DNA of 33,921 bases from a bacterium (GCA_041640455.1 JBEQAF010000004.1:1-33921); one strand, 5' to 3'. Positions 9,950 through 21,318 are shown, numbered from the stretch's first letter. A program made the numbers and translations. The notes: a model not told the origin generated them from the letters alone.

Positions 9950-10031
9950 AGAGTAAATTATTTTAACCCTTTTGCATTGAAAATGAAAGAAAAATATGCC
10001 TTATTATGGCTAAAAGAGCTGGCATTACTTA

Positions 10032-11345
10032 TCATAACCGATTTACGCTTTTTTCAGAACCAGAAATTTTTGTCCTTTTCTCCCTGTTATAACCCTTAAG
10101 CTCCAGGAAATGTTCATAACTCAGCTTTTCAGATCTCATAGGTAATATCAAGTTATTATGATAAAGGGGTTCTGATAGATCAAAGATTGAATGTTTTTTA
10201 TCATCTTCAAAAAATGTCGAACCCGGGACAGGTGAGTATTCAGAAAGATATGGTATGGCTCCAATATCATATACATAATCTATGGCATTTTTTACCTCCT
10301 GGTAGCTTTGATTATAAATCCCTGTGAGAATATAAACTCCTATCTGCTCTGCACTGAATCCCTTTCTCCTCAAAGTTGAAACAGCCCTTTCAAACTGCGA
10401 TCTATCTGTCTTGTTGCCATACCGTCTGCTCTTATTATCATCAATAAACTCAAGGCTCAATCTTAATTTTTTAAAGCCGCTTTGATAAAGCATCTCTGCA
10501 CATTTATCGTCAATATATCTAATATGCAGCCCGTTCGGGGTATAAAAGTTAACATTAAGATCTTCTCTTATAACCCGTTCAAGGAGCTTAAAGATATGAT
10601 TTTCTTTGTTATACAAAAGGGCATCGTCTATAAATGCCACTTTTTGAGTTTTAAAATATCGAGTGTTCTCCTGTATATAACTATAAGCCATACCCAGATC
10701 TAACTCCTTATAAGATTGAAACAGCCTTTTTGAGGCACAGTAACTGCAATTAAATGGACAACCGACCGAAGTAAGAAGAGGAATATAGTAAAGTCTTTTG
10801 TAAAAGCTCTCAAGATCTGGATATAACATCTTAGAATTTTTAGAAAGCTCATCTTCTAAGCTAAAAAAGAGCTCATCGGGTTTGCAGACCCTCCTGGCAT
10901 GATCTGGAAGTAGTTTTGCATAAATACCACCTAAATATATTTTGACATCAGGAAAGACCTGTCTTAATAATCTTATTGTATCCCTTACCCCAGGATACCA
11001 GTAGGTCATCATGGATGTTACAAGAATCATATGGGGCTTTTCAAGAGAGCTTAATATTCCGATTAATCTGTCTTCTGGAATACCAAATCTGTAATATTTT
11101 CTATTTAAGAAATCATATTCCTTTGGTTTTTCTATTTCTTGCCTGTAAAATTCTCCAGTTCCATCGCTTTTTCTCTTTAAAGAAAGCCCCTCCAGATAAT
11201 TTTCTGCAAAGGGAATATCTATAAAAGTTACTTCATGTCCCATATTTTTCAGAAAGGTGGCAACCTGAAGAAGCCCATAGGGCTTGGCATACAGGTCATG
11301 ATAGGCAAAATCATATACGTAAGGGTTTATACAGAGTATTTTCAT
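10032..11345 (-). CDS. Cobalamin-binding-domain radical SAM protein, function unknown
   Basis: CPFNCSYC motif; N-terminal INP..PYGLL, VTSMMTYWYPGV, LGGIYA B12-binding-like domain; FIDD, TPNGLH. Confidence 0.8.
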   Translation of the reverse strand: MKILCINPYVYDFAYHDLYAKPYGLLQVATFLKNMGHEVTFIDIPFAENYLEGLSLKRKSDGTGEFYRQEIEKPKEYDFLNRKYYRFGIPEDRLIGILSSLEKPHMILVTSMMTYWYPGVRDTIRLLRQVFPDVKIYLGGIYAKLLPDHARRVCKPDELFFSLEDELSKNSKMLYPDLESFYKRLYYIPLLTSVGCPFNCSYCASKRLFQSYKELDLGMAYSYIQENTRYFKTQKVAFIDDALLYNKENHIFKLLERVIREDLNVNFYTPNGLHIRYIDDKCAEMLYQSGFKKLRLSLEFIDDNKSRRYGNKTDRSQFERAVSTLRRKGFSAEQIGVYILTGIYNQSYQEVKNAIDYVYDIGAIPYLSEYSPVPGSTFFEDDKKHSIFDLSEPLYHNNLILPMRSEKLSYEHFLELKGYNREKRTKISGSEKSVNRL

Positions 11346-12535
11346 AGAAAATATGATATCAGAGAAGCTAATTTTTCTTTAACCTTGTTTATAAAGGGTC
11401 TCTTTAGCCACTCCTCATATTCTACAAGGCGGGAGTTTGTTACATCTTCTTCCATAAATCTTTTTACCTCTCTTCCAAACTCCTCACTGGCTACTACTAT
11501 ATTTAGCTCATAATTTTTCTCCAGCCCCCTTTTATGAAGGTTTGTGGAGCCTATGGTTGACCAGACCTCATCTATGAGCCCTATCTTTGAATGAAGAATT
11601 AAATCCTTCCTTTCATATATTTTAACACCCGATAGAAGCAACGGTTTAAAATAATTATAGGATGCATATTTAACAATTCGGACATCAATCTTATCTGGTA
11701 AAACTACCTTAACATCTACCCCTCTTTTTACCGCATTTCTTAAAATAGTCCTTATTCTTCTGGGCGGGATAAAATAGGCATTCTCTATCCAGATGCTTTT
11801 TTTTGCAGCCATCATTGAGAGGCAGTAGGCATAATATACTGTTTTAAGAGATCTTTTATCCGGTCCGCTCTCAATTATCCATACATCATCTGTCCCTGCA
11901 GGCTCTGGCTTAATCTCCCTGTAATCTGCTTTTTTCCTGGCTGATTTTTCAAAAATATCGTAAAAGATTTTTCTTAATATTGCAACCGCTGGACCTTCTA
12001 TAAGAACACCGGCATCTCGCATGTAGTCTTTGGAGTCATTAAAATACTCATCGCCTATATTCCATCCGCTTACAATGGCATATCTCCCGTCAAATATAGC
12101 AAGCTTTCTATGATCTCTAACCTCCCATTTTAATGGGTTGGAGAAAAGCTTTATGGGGTTAAATGGGTAGATCTCTATATTATTAACATCCTGTAGCTTG
12201 ATAAAAAGTGACCTACTACTTAAGGAACCTATAAAATCATAGATTATTTTTACACTAACACCGCTGCTGGCTTTTCTGATAAGGGCATCAGCTACAGCCC
12301 TGCCATACTGGTCGTCTCTTATAATGTAATATTCAAGCTCGATGGTCTGTTCTGATGCTTCTATTAACTGAAGAAGTGTGTTAAATGCTTCACTGCCAGA
12401 TGGGACAAGCCTTACCTTATTTCTGTGAGATATCTTGGGCTTTGACCTTTTGAAAAAAAGCTTTAATAATCTTTTGCTTAAAACAAGATATTTTCTTTTA
12501 AGTTTCTGCTTATATCTCCTGTAGCTTTTTCGCAT
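11342..12535 (-). CDS. cls: Cardiolipin synthase / phospholipase D family (ClsB-like, no N-terminal TM)
   Basis: Two HKD motifs (DHRKLAIFD, LHSKIGLID), NIGDEY, AYFIP, GSTNL..NYELN. Confidence 0.88.
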   Translation of the reverse strand: MRKSYRRYKQKLKRKYLVLSKRLLKLFFKRSKPKISHRNKVRLVPSGSEAFNTLLQLIEASEQTIELEYYIIRDDQYGRAVADALIRKASSGVSVKIIYDFIGSLSSRSLFIKLQDVNNIEIYPFNPIKLFSNPLKWEVRDHRKLAIFDGRYAIVSGWNIGDEYFNDSKDYMRDAGVLIEGPAVAILRKIFYDIFEKSARKKADYREIKPEPAGTDDVWIIESGPDKRSLKTVYYAYCLSMMAAKKSIWIENAYFIPPRRIRTILRNAVKRGVDVKVVLPDKIDVRIVKYASYNYFKPLLLSGVKIYERKDLILHSKIGLIDEVWSTIGSTNLHKRGLEKNYELNIVVASEEFGREVKRFMEEDVTNSRLVEYEEWLKRPFINKVKEKLASLISYFL

Positions 12536-12542
12536 TAACTAA

Positions 12543-13630
<1,088 letters not shown>

Positions 13631-13639
13631 CTAACCTCC

Positions 13640-14743
13640 CTATTCATCAAATCTTACTATTATGGGTTCTCCTGCTTTGGGAGCCCAGACCTTATCTATG
13701 TTTCTATCCATCTCTCTTAATGCCGATATCTCCGAACCCATATATACAAAATCTCCCGACTCAGCAACTGCTAAAGGTCTTAACTTAACTCTGTCGTTTA
13801 AGCCTACGAGTCCCTTTGAGTGTGCAAAAAGTATGGCAAATGGACCATTTAAAAGCGCACTTCCATAAACCATTCTCAATGCTGAGTAAGCCACTTTCTC
13901 CTCTTCATCCATTTTATCAATGTTTTTCCAGAAAGGAGATGCCAGGACTGAGCAGGCAATCTCTTCCGAAAGACCATGCTTTCTAATAAGCAGGTCAAGC
14001 AGGTAAGCTACTACCTCAGTATCTGTTAGAAGTGTACATTTATAACCGAACATCTCCAAATATCTTTTGTTTATTCCATAGGATGATATCTCTCCGTTAT
14101 GAACTATAGACCAGTCAAGCAGCGTAAAAGGATGCGCACCGCCCCACCAGCCAGGTGTATTGGTAGGAAATCTATTGTGGGCTGTCCAGATATAGCCTTT
14201 ATATTCTTCAAGCTTAAAAAAATCAGCGATCTCTTCAGGATATCCCACACCTTTGAAAGCCCCCATATTTTTGCCCGATGAGAATATATATGCGCCGCTT
14301 ATCTTTTCATTAACATGCATAACTATCTTAACCACAAAGTCATCATCGGAACCAAGCTCTATGCCAAATCTGGAAAAATTCTGTTCCGTATTAATAGGCT
14401 TGACAAAATATCTCATAAGTAGTGGCGAGGATTTGATGGCAGAAATCTTTCTTGTGGGGATAGGCTCTATATGCTCCACAGTAAGACAGGATTTCAAAAA
14501 ATCCTCCGTCTGACTTAGTGAAACCTGATTGTCATACATAATATGAAAGGCATAGAAGTCTTTGAAAGCAGGATAGATACCATAAGCGGCAAAGCCACCG
14601 CCCAGTCCGTTTCCCCTGTCGTGCTGGATCTTAATCCCCTTAATAATCCTTTCGCCGTTGATTACTTCTTTTTTTCTGTTAATAAATCCGCATAAACCAC
14701 AGTTAGAAATATCCTTTGGATCTTTATATCTGTTATGCTTCAT
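13640..14743 (-). CDS. Class II glutamine amidotransferase subunit of split glutamate synthase
   Basis: Ntn Cys after short propeptide (DISNCG), DRGNGLGGGFA, HNRFPTNTPGWWGGAHPF, HNGEISSYG, TDTEV, DRVKLRP. Confidence 0.9.
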   Translation of the reverse strand: MKHNRYKDPKDISNCGLCGFINRKKEVINGERIIKGIKIQHDRGNGLGGGFAAYGIYPAFKDFYAFHIMYDNQVSLSQTEDFLKSCLTVEHIEPIPTRKISAIKSSPLLMRYFVKPINTEQNFSRFGIELGSDDDFVVKIVMHVNEKISGAYIFSSGKNMGAFKGVGYPEEIADFFKLEEYKGYIWTAHNRFPTNTPGWWGGAHPFTLLDWSIVHNGEISSYGINKRYLEMFGYKCTLLTDTEVVAYLLDLLIRKHGLSEEIACSVLASPFWKNIDKMDEEEKVAYSALRMVYGSALLNGPFAILFAHSKGLVGLNDRVKLRPLAVAESGDFVYMGSEISALREMDRNIDKVWAPKAGEPIIVRFDE

Positions 14744-16094
14744 CTATAACCTCACTATCGCTTAAAGTTGTTTCTTCCTTAAACTCAGGACATATATCAT
14801 TAATGCAAGAAGGTGTGTCTTTTATTTTAAGGAACCTTTTCCAGAATACTTCCTGTCTGAGCTCATAGGGCAGATTTATAAAACCAAAACTGGGATTTAG
14901 AAGCTGATCTTTAAAACCTGATACATCAACCCTTTCTCTCATAAGCCCCGTAAAGATACCAGATCTTTCAATATCACCAACAAATACAAAGCCTTCTATT
15001 CTATTATCTTTCAATACGATTTTTCTGTATCTATATCTCTTTTCGTCATAGGAGCTGAGTATCTCATATTCAGATCCTTCAGGATTAATAATACCAGCGG
15101 AGATTGTAGGAATACCAAACAGTTCAATAGAGTTCATTGAAAGTCCACCTTCATAAACCCTTTCCTCACCAACCATATTATATCCAGCAACTCTTCCCTG
15201 CCTGTAAGCATCAGGCCATATGGGAAGCAGTCTATTGGCTTTAGAGAAAAATTCTTTACCTTCTGCCACATCTCCTGCCGCATAGACACCTTTAATATTT
15301 GTTTCCATATGATCATCAACAACTACTCCTCTGTTGATAAGAAGCCCTGTCCCTTTTAAAAATGACACATTGGGCACCACACCTATGGCAATTATTACAA
15401 TATCTGAATCGATTACTCTTCCAGACTTGAGCCGTATTCCACAGGCATTACCATTACCATCATCAATAATCTCCTCCGTGTTTGACTCAGTAAAAACATC
15501 GATCCCAACATCCTGCATTCTATTTTCAACAATATTTCCCGATGTCTTATCAAATGCGAGACTGAGCACCCTGTCCATAAGTTCAATGACACTTACCTTA
15601 ACACCCTGAGCATGCAACCCCTCTGCCGCCTTTAATCCTATCAGTCCACCTCCTATTACAACAGCCTTCTTAATATCCTTGCTTAGATTTAACAATTCCT
15701 TAGCATCATCAAGAGTGGTAAATGTATAAACCCTTTTAAGCTCCCTACCCTTTATGGGTGGAATAAATGGGACACCGCCTGTGGCTATAAGTAGCTTATC
15801 AAAGCTATATTTTTCATCGCTTTTTGAATAAAGGATCTTGTTGTCAAAATCAACCTTAACAATCTCTTCACTTAAAATAAGCTCCACGTTATTTTTCTCA
15901 TAAAATCCTCTTCTTCTATAAGAAAGGAGCTTCTCTTCTTTAGCCTTGCCCTTAAGATAGTCTGATATCACTGGCCTCCCATAAGCCACATAGGGTTCCT
16001 TTGTTATAACCCTGATTTTGACCTCTGTATTGACCTTTCTTATGGCTTCTATAGCCCCTATAGCCGCAACTGAATTACCGATTATTGTGATCAT
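14733..16094 (-). CDS. FAD/NAD(P)H-dependent oxidoreductase (NirB/rubredoxin-reductase-like)
   Basis: GNSVAA FAD loop, LLIATG, VIGGGLIGLKAAE, VYAAGDVAE. Confidence 0.85.
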   Translation of the reverse strand: MITIIGNSVAAIGAIEAIRKVNTEVKIRVITKEPYVAYGRPVISDYLKGKAKEEKLLSYRRRGFYEKNNVELILSEEIVKVDFDNKILYSKSDEKYSFDKLLIATGGVPFIPPIKGRELKRVYTFTTLDDAKELLNLSKDIKKAVVIGGGLIGLKAAEGLHAQGVKVSVIELMDRVLSLAFDKTSGNIVENRMQDVGIDVFTESNTEEIIDDGNGNACGIRLKSGRVIDSDIVIIAIGVVPNVSFLKGTGLLINRGVVVDDHMETNIKGVYAAGDVAEGKEFFSKANRLLPIWPDAYRQGRVAGYNMVGEERVYEGGLSMNSIELFGIPTISAGIINPEGSEYEILSSYDEKRYRYRKIVLKDNRIEGFVFVGDIERSGIFTGLMRERVDVSGFKDQLLNPSFGFINLPYELRQEVFWKRFLKIKDTPSCINDICPEFKEETTLSDSEVIDEA

Positions 16095-16108
16095 ATTAAG
16101 CTCTCCTA

Positions 16109-16549
16109 TTATTTATAAACCAAAGCTCTATTGGGACAGGCATCCACACAGGCAGGACTGCCTCTTTCTATACAAAGGTCGCATTTTGATGACACGAGTT
16201 TATTATCCTTTGCAACCTTCTTCTTAAGCGCACCATAGGGACATGCCATCATACAGGACCAGCAGCCTACACAAATGTTTTCATCTATGGTTACTATACC
16301 TGTTTCAGGATCTTTGGTTATGGCACCGCTAATGCAAGCTTCCAGACAATCGGGCTCTTCACAGTGTCTACACATAAAGGAAAAACAAGAAGGACGGTTT
16401 TCCTCAAACCAGATTCTTGAAGGTTCTCTCGGAAACTCTTTTTTATATGCCTTAATGGTATTTTTACTTTTAGAATGAACTGTTATACAGGCCACATCAC
16501 AAAGCCTGCAACCCATACAAAACTCTTCTCTCGGATATACTCTTTTCAT
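16109..16549 (-). CDS. 4Fe-4S multicluster electron-transfer protein (CooF/DmsB-like)
   Basis: CMGCRLCDVAC, CRHCEEPDCLEAC, CVGCWSCMMACP, CDLC..PACVDACP. Confidence 0.9.
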   Translation of the reverse strand: MKRVYPREEFCMGCRLCDVACITVHSKSKNTIKAYKKEFPREPSRIWFEENRPSCFSFMCRHCEEPDCLEACISGAITKDPETGIVTIDENICVGCWSCMMACPYGALKKKVAKDNKLVSSKCDLCIERGSPACVDACPNRALVYK

Positions 16550-16561
16550 AGTTTATGCTCC

Positions 16562-18085
16562 TTAAATTCCTGCTGGAAGTACGCCAAGTATTTCCATCTC
16601 TTCCTTTGTTAGATCAATGGCTCTTAGCCTTAACCTGTTGCCGCGGAGAGACTCAATGGCATTTATCCCTAAAGCGCCTAAAATCTCCTGGATCTCATGT
16701 CCCCACGCCGAGACAAGATTATAAAGCTGTTCTGCTCCTATCTCTGGGTTAACCCTTTTCACAAGATAGGGATCATTGGTAGCAATCCCCCAGGGACATT
16801 TACCAGTATAGCATCTCTGACAGACCGTACAGCCCACTGCCTGAAGTGTGGCTGTACCAATATAGACTGCATCTGCTCCCAGTGCTATAGCTTTCAATAC
16901 ATCTGCACTGCTTCTTATGCCTCCCGAGATGACCAGAGATACGGAGTTTCTTATCCCCTCGTCTCTTAACCTCTGATCTACAGCAGCAAGAGCTATCTCA
17001 GCGGGAATACCCACATGATCTCTTATTATGGTTGGAGCAGCACCTGTCCCTCCTCTAAAACCATCAAGCACTATTATATCAGCCCCTGCCCTTGCTATAC
17101 CGCTTGCAATAGCTGCGGAGTTGTGAACCGCTGCAATCTTTACACTTACAGGTTTTGTATAATCCGAAGCCTCTTTTAATGCATATATGAGCTGCCTTAA
17201 ATCCTCTATGGAATAAATGTCATGATGTGGTGCAGGAGATAGGGCATCAGATCCTGCGGGGATCATTCTTGTCTCCGATATGGCTTCTGTAACCTTTTCT
17301 CCAGGTAGGTGTCCACCGATACCTGGCTTGGCTCCTTGACCTATTTTTATCTCAATTGCTGCTCCTGCATTCAGATACTCTGCATGAACACCAAAACGCC
17401 CTGAAGCACACTGAACAATCGTCCAGGGACCATATTCATATAAGCTTTTATGAAGCCCACCCTCACCGGTATTATAAAGAATTCCAAGCTCCTTAGCCGC
17501 CATAGCCATAGCTCTGTGCACGTTAAGACTGATTGCTCCATATGACATGGCACCAAACATAACTGGATAGTTAAGTTTTAGCTGGGGAGTAAGCAGAGTT
17601 TTTAAAGTCAGTTTCCCATTCTTTTTTTCAAACTCAAGCTTATCAGGTTTAGTACCCAGATAGGTTCTAAGCTCCATAGGCTCTCTGAGCGGGTCTATGG
17701 ATGGATTAGTTACCTGACAGGCATCAATAAGAAGATGATCCCAGTATATTTTATAACCCTTATCATTACCCATACCCGTAAGAAGAATACCGCCTGTCTC
17801 TCTCTGTTTAATAAGCCCCATTCTGTGAAAATTTGTCCAAGACTCGTTTGGTCTGAAGGTTGATTCATTGAGTGTAATCTTAAGCGCATCGGTTGGACAC
17901 ATATATTCGCATCTTCTGCAGCCTACGCACTTTGGATTATCTGCTACCATTACATTATCTTCAGCATCATAGGAGTGAACAAGATAGGAACACTGTCTTT
18001 CACATACCCTGCACTGGATACATCTGTCCGGATCTCTCCTGACATCAAACTCATAAAAGGCTTGACTTACTGGTCTAAAAAGCAC
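16562..18085 (-). CDS. Glutamate synthase FMN-binding subunit with N-terminal 2x[4Fe-4S] ferredoxin domain (archaeal-type)
   Basis: CIQCRVC, CVGCRRCEYMCP, QVTNPSIDPLREPME, AMSYGAIS, NTGEGG, EIKIGQGAKPGIGGHLPGEKV, SPAPHHDIYSIEDL, CTVCQRCYTGKC; GTG start with GGAGG. Confidence 0.93.
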   Translation of the reverse strand: MLFRPVSQAFYEFDVRRDPDRCIQCRVCERQCSYLVHSYDAEDNVMVADNPKCVGCRRCEYMCPTDALKITLNESTFRPNESWTNFHRMGLIKQRETGGILLTGMGNDKGYKIYWDHLLIDACQVTNPSIDPLREPMELRTYLGTKPDKLEFEKKNGKLTLKTLLTPQLKLNYPVMFGAMSYGAISLNVHRAMAMAAKELGILYNTGEGGLHKSLYEYGPWTIVQCASGRFGVHAEYLNAGAAIEIKIGQGAKPGIGGHLPGEKVTEAISETRMIPAGSDALSPAPHHDIYSIEDLRQLIYALKEASDYTKPVSVKIAAVHNSAAIASGIARAGADIIVLDGFRGGTGAAPTIIRDHVGIPAEIALAAVDQRLRDEGIRNSVSLVISGGIRSSADVLKAIALGADAVYIGTATLQAVGCTVCQRCYTGKCPWGIATNDPYLVKRVNPEIGAEQLYNLVSAWGHEIQEILGALGINAIESLRGNRLRLRAIDLTKEEMEILGVLPAGI

Positions 18086-18087
18086 AA

Positions 18088-18118
18088 TAACCCTCCAAAA
18101 TTACTTTTGGTAGGGTTA
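18088..18118 (-). promoter_or_regulatory. RBS-sequestering hairpin upstream of the glutamate synthase cluster
   Basis: Minus strand TAACCCT-A-CCAAAA-GTAA-TTTTGG-AGGGTTA: 13-bp stem with one bulge and a GNRA loop; 3' arm contains the GGAGG of the 18085 start. Confidence 0.7.
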
Positions 18119-18135
18119 CGCAATGTCTGTGCCTG
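18119..18135 (-). promoter_or_regulatory. sigma54 (-24/-12) promoter
   Basis: Minus strand CAGGCACAGACATTGCG = GG-N10-GC with GGCAC and TTGC, directly upstream of nitrogen-assimilation genes. Confidence 0.75.
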
Positions 18136-18195
18136 AAAATTGAAGGCTAAGATTAGTTATTTTGACTTTTTTATAAGCAAAAAATGATTTATTGA

Positions 18196-18309
18196 CTATT
18201 TTTTAATCTCTTCTTTAACGGTTACATTCTCTTTCATTCTCTGTTTTAGTCTCTTTTCTCGCCTGTGCCTTCTTTGATTAAGCTCTTTTCTTCTTGTTCC
18301 CTGACCCAT
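18196..18309 (-). CDS. Small Arg/Lys-rich protein, 37 aa (resembles DUF6800 family)
   Basis: Below ORF-track cutoff. AGGAGG 5 nt before ATG; MGQGTRRKELNQRRHRREKRLKQRMKENVTVKEEIKK. Confidence 0.7.
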   Translation of the reverse strand: MGQGTRRKELNQRRHRREKRLKQRMKENVTVKEEIKK

Positions 18310-18326
18310 TTTTGCCTCCTTTTTTA

Positions 18327-19139
18327 TTAAAATCTTACCTTTGTTTTATTTAAAACTTTAAGTACCTCGCTGGCTATCTCTTCTATGGACTTTTTTGTCA
18401 CATCCACTGTAGGGATCTTTTTTCTCTTAAAAAATTCAATAGAGCTGTTTACCTCTTCATAAACATATTTAAGATCCGCATATCTTGTGTTCAGATCCTC
18501 TCCCATATGTTTCAACCTTACCTTTCTAATATCGGTGAGAAAAACAGGATCAATAACAAGACCTATCACCTTGTTATGCAATTTCTGAAAATCAAGATTT
18601 ATATCTATATCTGGTATGAAAGGAATATTGGCTACTTTCCAATTTTCATGAGAAAGATATATGGAAAGCGGGGTCTTTGAAGTTCTTGAAACACCAATAA
18701 TTACAATATCTGCATCATAGACAGTTTCCAGATTCTGCCCATCATCGTGCTTAACTGTATATTCAATTGCTTCTATCCTTTTAAAGTACTCCTCGTTAAC
18801 CTTGTGCTGAGCTCCAGGCTGTTCAACAGGTTTTGCAGAGAAAAACTGTGTAACCTTGCTGATTACCGAACCAATAAGATCCACATAGCTAACTTTATTA
18901 ATGTCGCACTCACGGATTACAAGATCCCTCATCCAGCGCTGGGCAAGTGTAAAAGCAACAAGGGCTTCTCTATGTGCTGCTTTTCTTACTATATCTTTAA
19001 TCTCTTCAGGTGTAGATACACGGGTAAATTTTTTAATATCAAAGTTGGTTTTATTAAACAGCGCTACGACTGCCAGAATTATCTTCTCTGCAGTTTCTCC
19101 AGTAGCATCAGAAATAATAAATATCTCATCTTTTTTCAA
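18327..19139 (-). CDS. ppsR: PEP synthase / pyruvate,phosphate dikinase regulatory protein (kinase/pyrophosphorylase)
   Basis: ISDATGETAE, YFKRIEAIEYTVKHDDG, GVSRTSKTPLSIYL, KVANIP, KSIEEIA. Confidence 0.93.
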   Translation of the reverse strand: MKKDEIFIISDATGETAEKIILAVVALFNKTNFDIKKFTRVSTPEEIKDIVRKAAHREALVAFTLAQRWMRDLVIRECDINKVSYVDLIGSVISKVTQFFSAKPVEQPGAQHKVNEEYFKRIEAIEYTVKHDDGQNLETVYDADIVIIGVSRTSKTPLSIYLSHENWKVANIPFIPDIDINLDFQKLHNKVIGLVIDPVFLTDIRKVRLKHMGEDLNTRYADLKYVYEEVNSSIEFFKRKKIPTVDVTKKSIEEIASEVLKVLNKTKVRF

Positions 19140-19974
19140 CTAACTCTCCTAAATGTTCAATTATATGTTCAGGTTTAATATCATTTACGTCATCTGATAA
19201 TTTAATAGCTCTGATTGACCTCATGGGTTTATATATTTTTTCATTACTTGAACCGAAAAGCATAAAACCATTTACCCCGAGAAGCCCAGCCAGATGACCT
19301 ATTCCAGTATCAGCTCCCACAAATCCGCTGGCATATTGTAGCAAAAAAATAATATCATTCAAAGAATAATTGTAAAATATTTTTTTACCTCTAAACTCAT
19401 CGATTCTGTTCTTTTCTGACTCCCCGAGCAGATAGTATATTTCAAATCCCTTCTCATTAAGATATTTTTCAATGGCAAAAAAATTATTTATATGCCATAT
19501 TTTCCGCATTCCTCCACTACCGGGATGAAAGATAAAGAATTTTTTGTCTTTAACCTGTCTAAATAGAACCTCATTGTAAAAAACAGGAAAATAGATTGCT
19601 GGAAGTTCAAATTTTTCATTTAAAAGTCTGAAAGGGTAGCTATAAACCCACTCATTTTCAGGTATGGGATCATAAATATAAAAATCTGGTGATATTTTTT
19701 CGAAAGATCTGGAAAAGATATAGAATCTATGAAATTTTTCAGTATCACAGCTGCCTCTGAGTAGATTAAATACATAAAGACTGTCCGCATCCAGAAACTG
19801 AATAAAATCCATCCCCTGAAAGAGACTTCTGTAAAGGTAATTGCCAGCGAAGTATATTTTTGAATAGTAATTTTTTAGATGAAAAAGAAGGGGGATATAA
19901 AATATAGTGTCTCCCAGCGCCCCCTTCCTGTAAACAAAAACAGATTCTCTTGATGAATCTTCATGGATATTCAT
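19126..19974 (-). CDS. Glycosyltransferase family 9 (heptosyltransferase-like)
   Basis: GALGD, HPGSGG..KIW, GADTGIGHLAG, LFG motifs. Confidence 0.8.
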   Translation of the reverse strand: MNIHEDSSRESVFVYRKGALGDTIFYIPLLFHLKNYYSKIYFAGNYLYRSLFQGMDFIQFLDADSLYVFNLLRGSCDTEKFHRFYIFSRSFEKISPDFYIYDPIPENEWVYSYPFRLLNEKFELPAIYFPVFYNEVLFRQVKDKKFFIFHPGSGGMRKIWHINNFFAIEKYLNEKGFEIYYLLGESEKNRIDEFRGKKIFYNYSLNDIIFLLQYASGFVGADTGIGHLAGLLGVNGFMLFGSSNEKIYKPMRSIRAIKLSDDVNDIKPEHIIEHLGELVEKR

Positions 19975-19981
19975 CAGAATC

Positions 19982-20863
19982 TTAAGGTTTATCTATAATC
20001 TTATTTATGGGATACTCAATTATCCCCTGAGCTCCTGCCTTAAGTAGTTTAGGAATTATGTCTCTAACAATCTTCTCGTGCAGTATGCTTTCTATTGATA
20101 CCCAGTCGGAGCTATATAAACTTGAAACGGTAGGATAGTTGAGACTGGGAAGAATTTTAACTATATCCTCAATTCTATCTTTTGGCGCATTCATTTTGAG
20201 CCCCACCATCTTATCTGCATTCAGGGCTCCTTTAATGAGAGTGTTTATCTGTTCTATCTTGGCTCTTTTTGTTTTATTTTTCCATGCCTTTTTATTTGCT
20301 ATAAGAACAGGATTTGAAGTCATCAGGGTATCAACTATCCTTAAACCATTGGCTTTTATAGTTGAACCCGTTTCAGTAACCTCCACAATGGCATCACAGA
20401 GCCCCTCAACCACCTTAGCTTCTGTAGCCCCCCATGAGAACTCAACCTTTACTGGTATATTTCTCTCGGCAAAATATTTTTTTGTAAAGTTAACAAGCTC
20501 TGTAGAAATAACCTTGTTTTTAAGATCCTCAATCTTTTTTATTGGAGAGTCTTCGGTGACCACAAGCACCCACCTGGTAGGTCTTTTTGAAACCTTCGAA
20601 TAGACCAGATCTGACACGTAAATTACATCGGATTCATACTCCAGTACCCAATCTTTGCCAGCTATTCCTGCATCAATAGTCCCCTTTTCCACATAGATAC
20701 CCATCTCCTGAGGTCTTATGAGATTACATTTTATCTCATCATCATCAATGGTCGGAAAATAATTTCTCGCAGAAGGAGTAATTGTCCAGCCCGCTCTTTT
20801 AAAAAGTTCAATGGTTGAATTTTCAAGACTACCCTTAGGAATTCCAAACTTTAAAACCGCCAT
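19982..20863 (-). CDS. hisG: ATP phosphoribosyltransferase (long form)
   Basis: [32 protein letters not shown]-terminal regulatory domain. Confidence 0.95.
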   Translation of the reverse strand: MAVLKFGIPKGSLENSTIELFKRAGWTITPSARNYFPTIDDDEIKCNLIRPQEMGIYVEKGTIDAGIAGKDWVLEYESDVIYVSDLVYSKVSKRPTRWVLVVTEDSPIKKIEDLKNKVISTELVNFTKKYFAERNIPVKVEFSWGATEAKVVEGLCDAIVEVTETGSTIKANGLRIVDTLMTSNPVLIANKKAWKNKTKRAKIEQINTLIKGALNADKMVGLKMNAPKDRIEDIVKILPSLNYPTVSSLYSSDWVSIESILHEKIVRDIIPKLLKAGAQGIIEYPINKIIDKP

Positions 20864-20880
20864 CTGACATTCTCCTCTTT

Positions 20881-21258
20881 TTATTTTTTATAAACCTCAT
20901 CAGGATTAAACACTGGATTTGAATATTCTTTCCAGTCCCCTTCTTCATATTTAATATAAAAACAGCTTTTGTTGCCTGTATGACAGGCTGCGCCGCCTTT
21001 CTGTCTGACCTTTATTAGAACTGAATCGTAATCACAGTCTGTAAAGACCTCAACTACCTCCTGAACATGTCCGGAACTCTCACCTTTCATCCAGTACTTA
21101 TTTCTGCTTCTGCTATAAAACCAGGTCTTTCCCGTCTCCAGCGTAAGCTGAAGCGCCTTTTCATCCATAAATGCAAGCATCAATACCTCATTGGTTTCAT
21201 AATCAGTAATTATGGCAGGGATAAGCCCATTCATCTTGGTAAAATCAAGCTTTTTCAT
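20881..21258 (-). CDS. hisI: Phosphoribosyl-AMP cyclohydrolase
   Basis: [40 protein letters not shown]. Confidence 0.95.
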   Translation of the reverse strand: MKKLDFTKMNGLIPAIITDYETNEVLMLAFMDEKALQLTLETGKTWFYSRSRNKYWMKGESSGHVQEVVEVFTDCDYDSVLIKVRQKGGAACHTGNKSCFYIKYEEGDWKEYSNPVFNPDEVYKK

Positions 21259-21318
21259 AAAAAATCTCCTTCACAATGAGAAAAAACGAACCTGATCTAA
21301 AAAAGAAAGATAAACTGA

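Noticed and set aside
9950..10031. preQ1 riboswitch upstream of queC
   Set aside because: No preQ1-I stem/loop (AGAGGUUCUAG-type) or A-rich tail on the minus strand; only a weak ATGCC/GGCAT hairpin.
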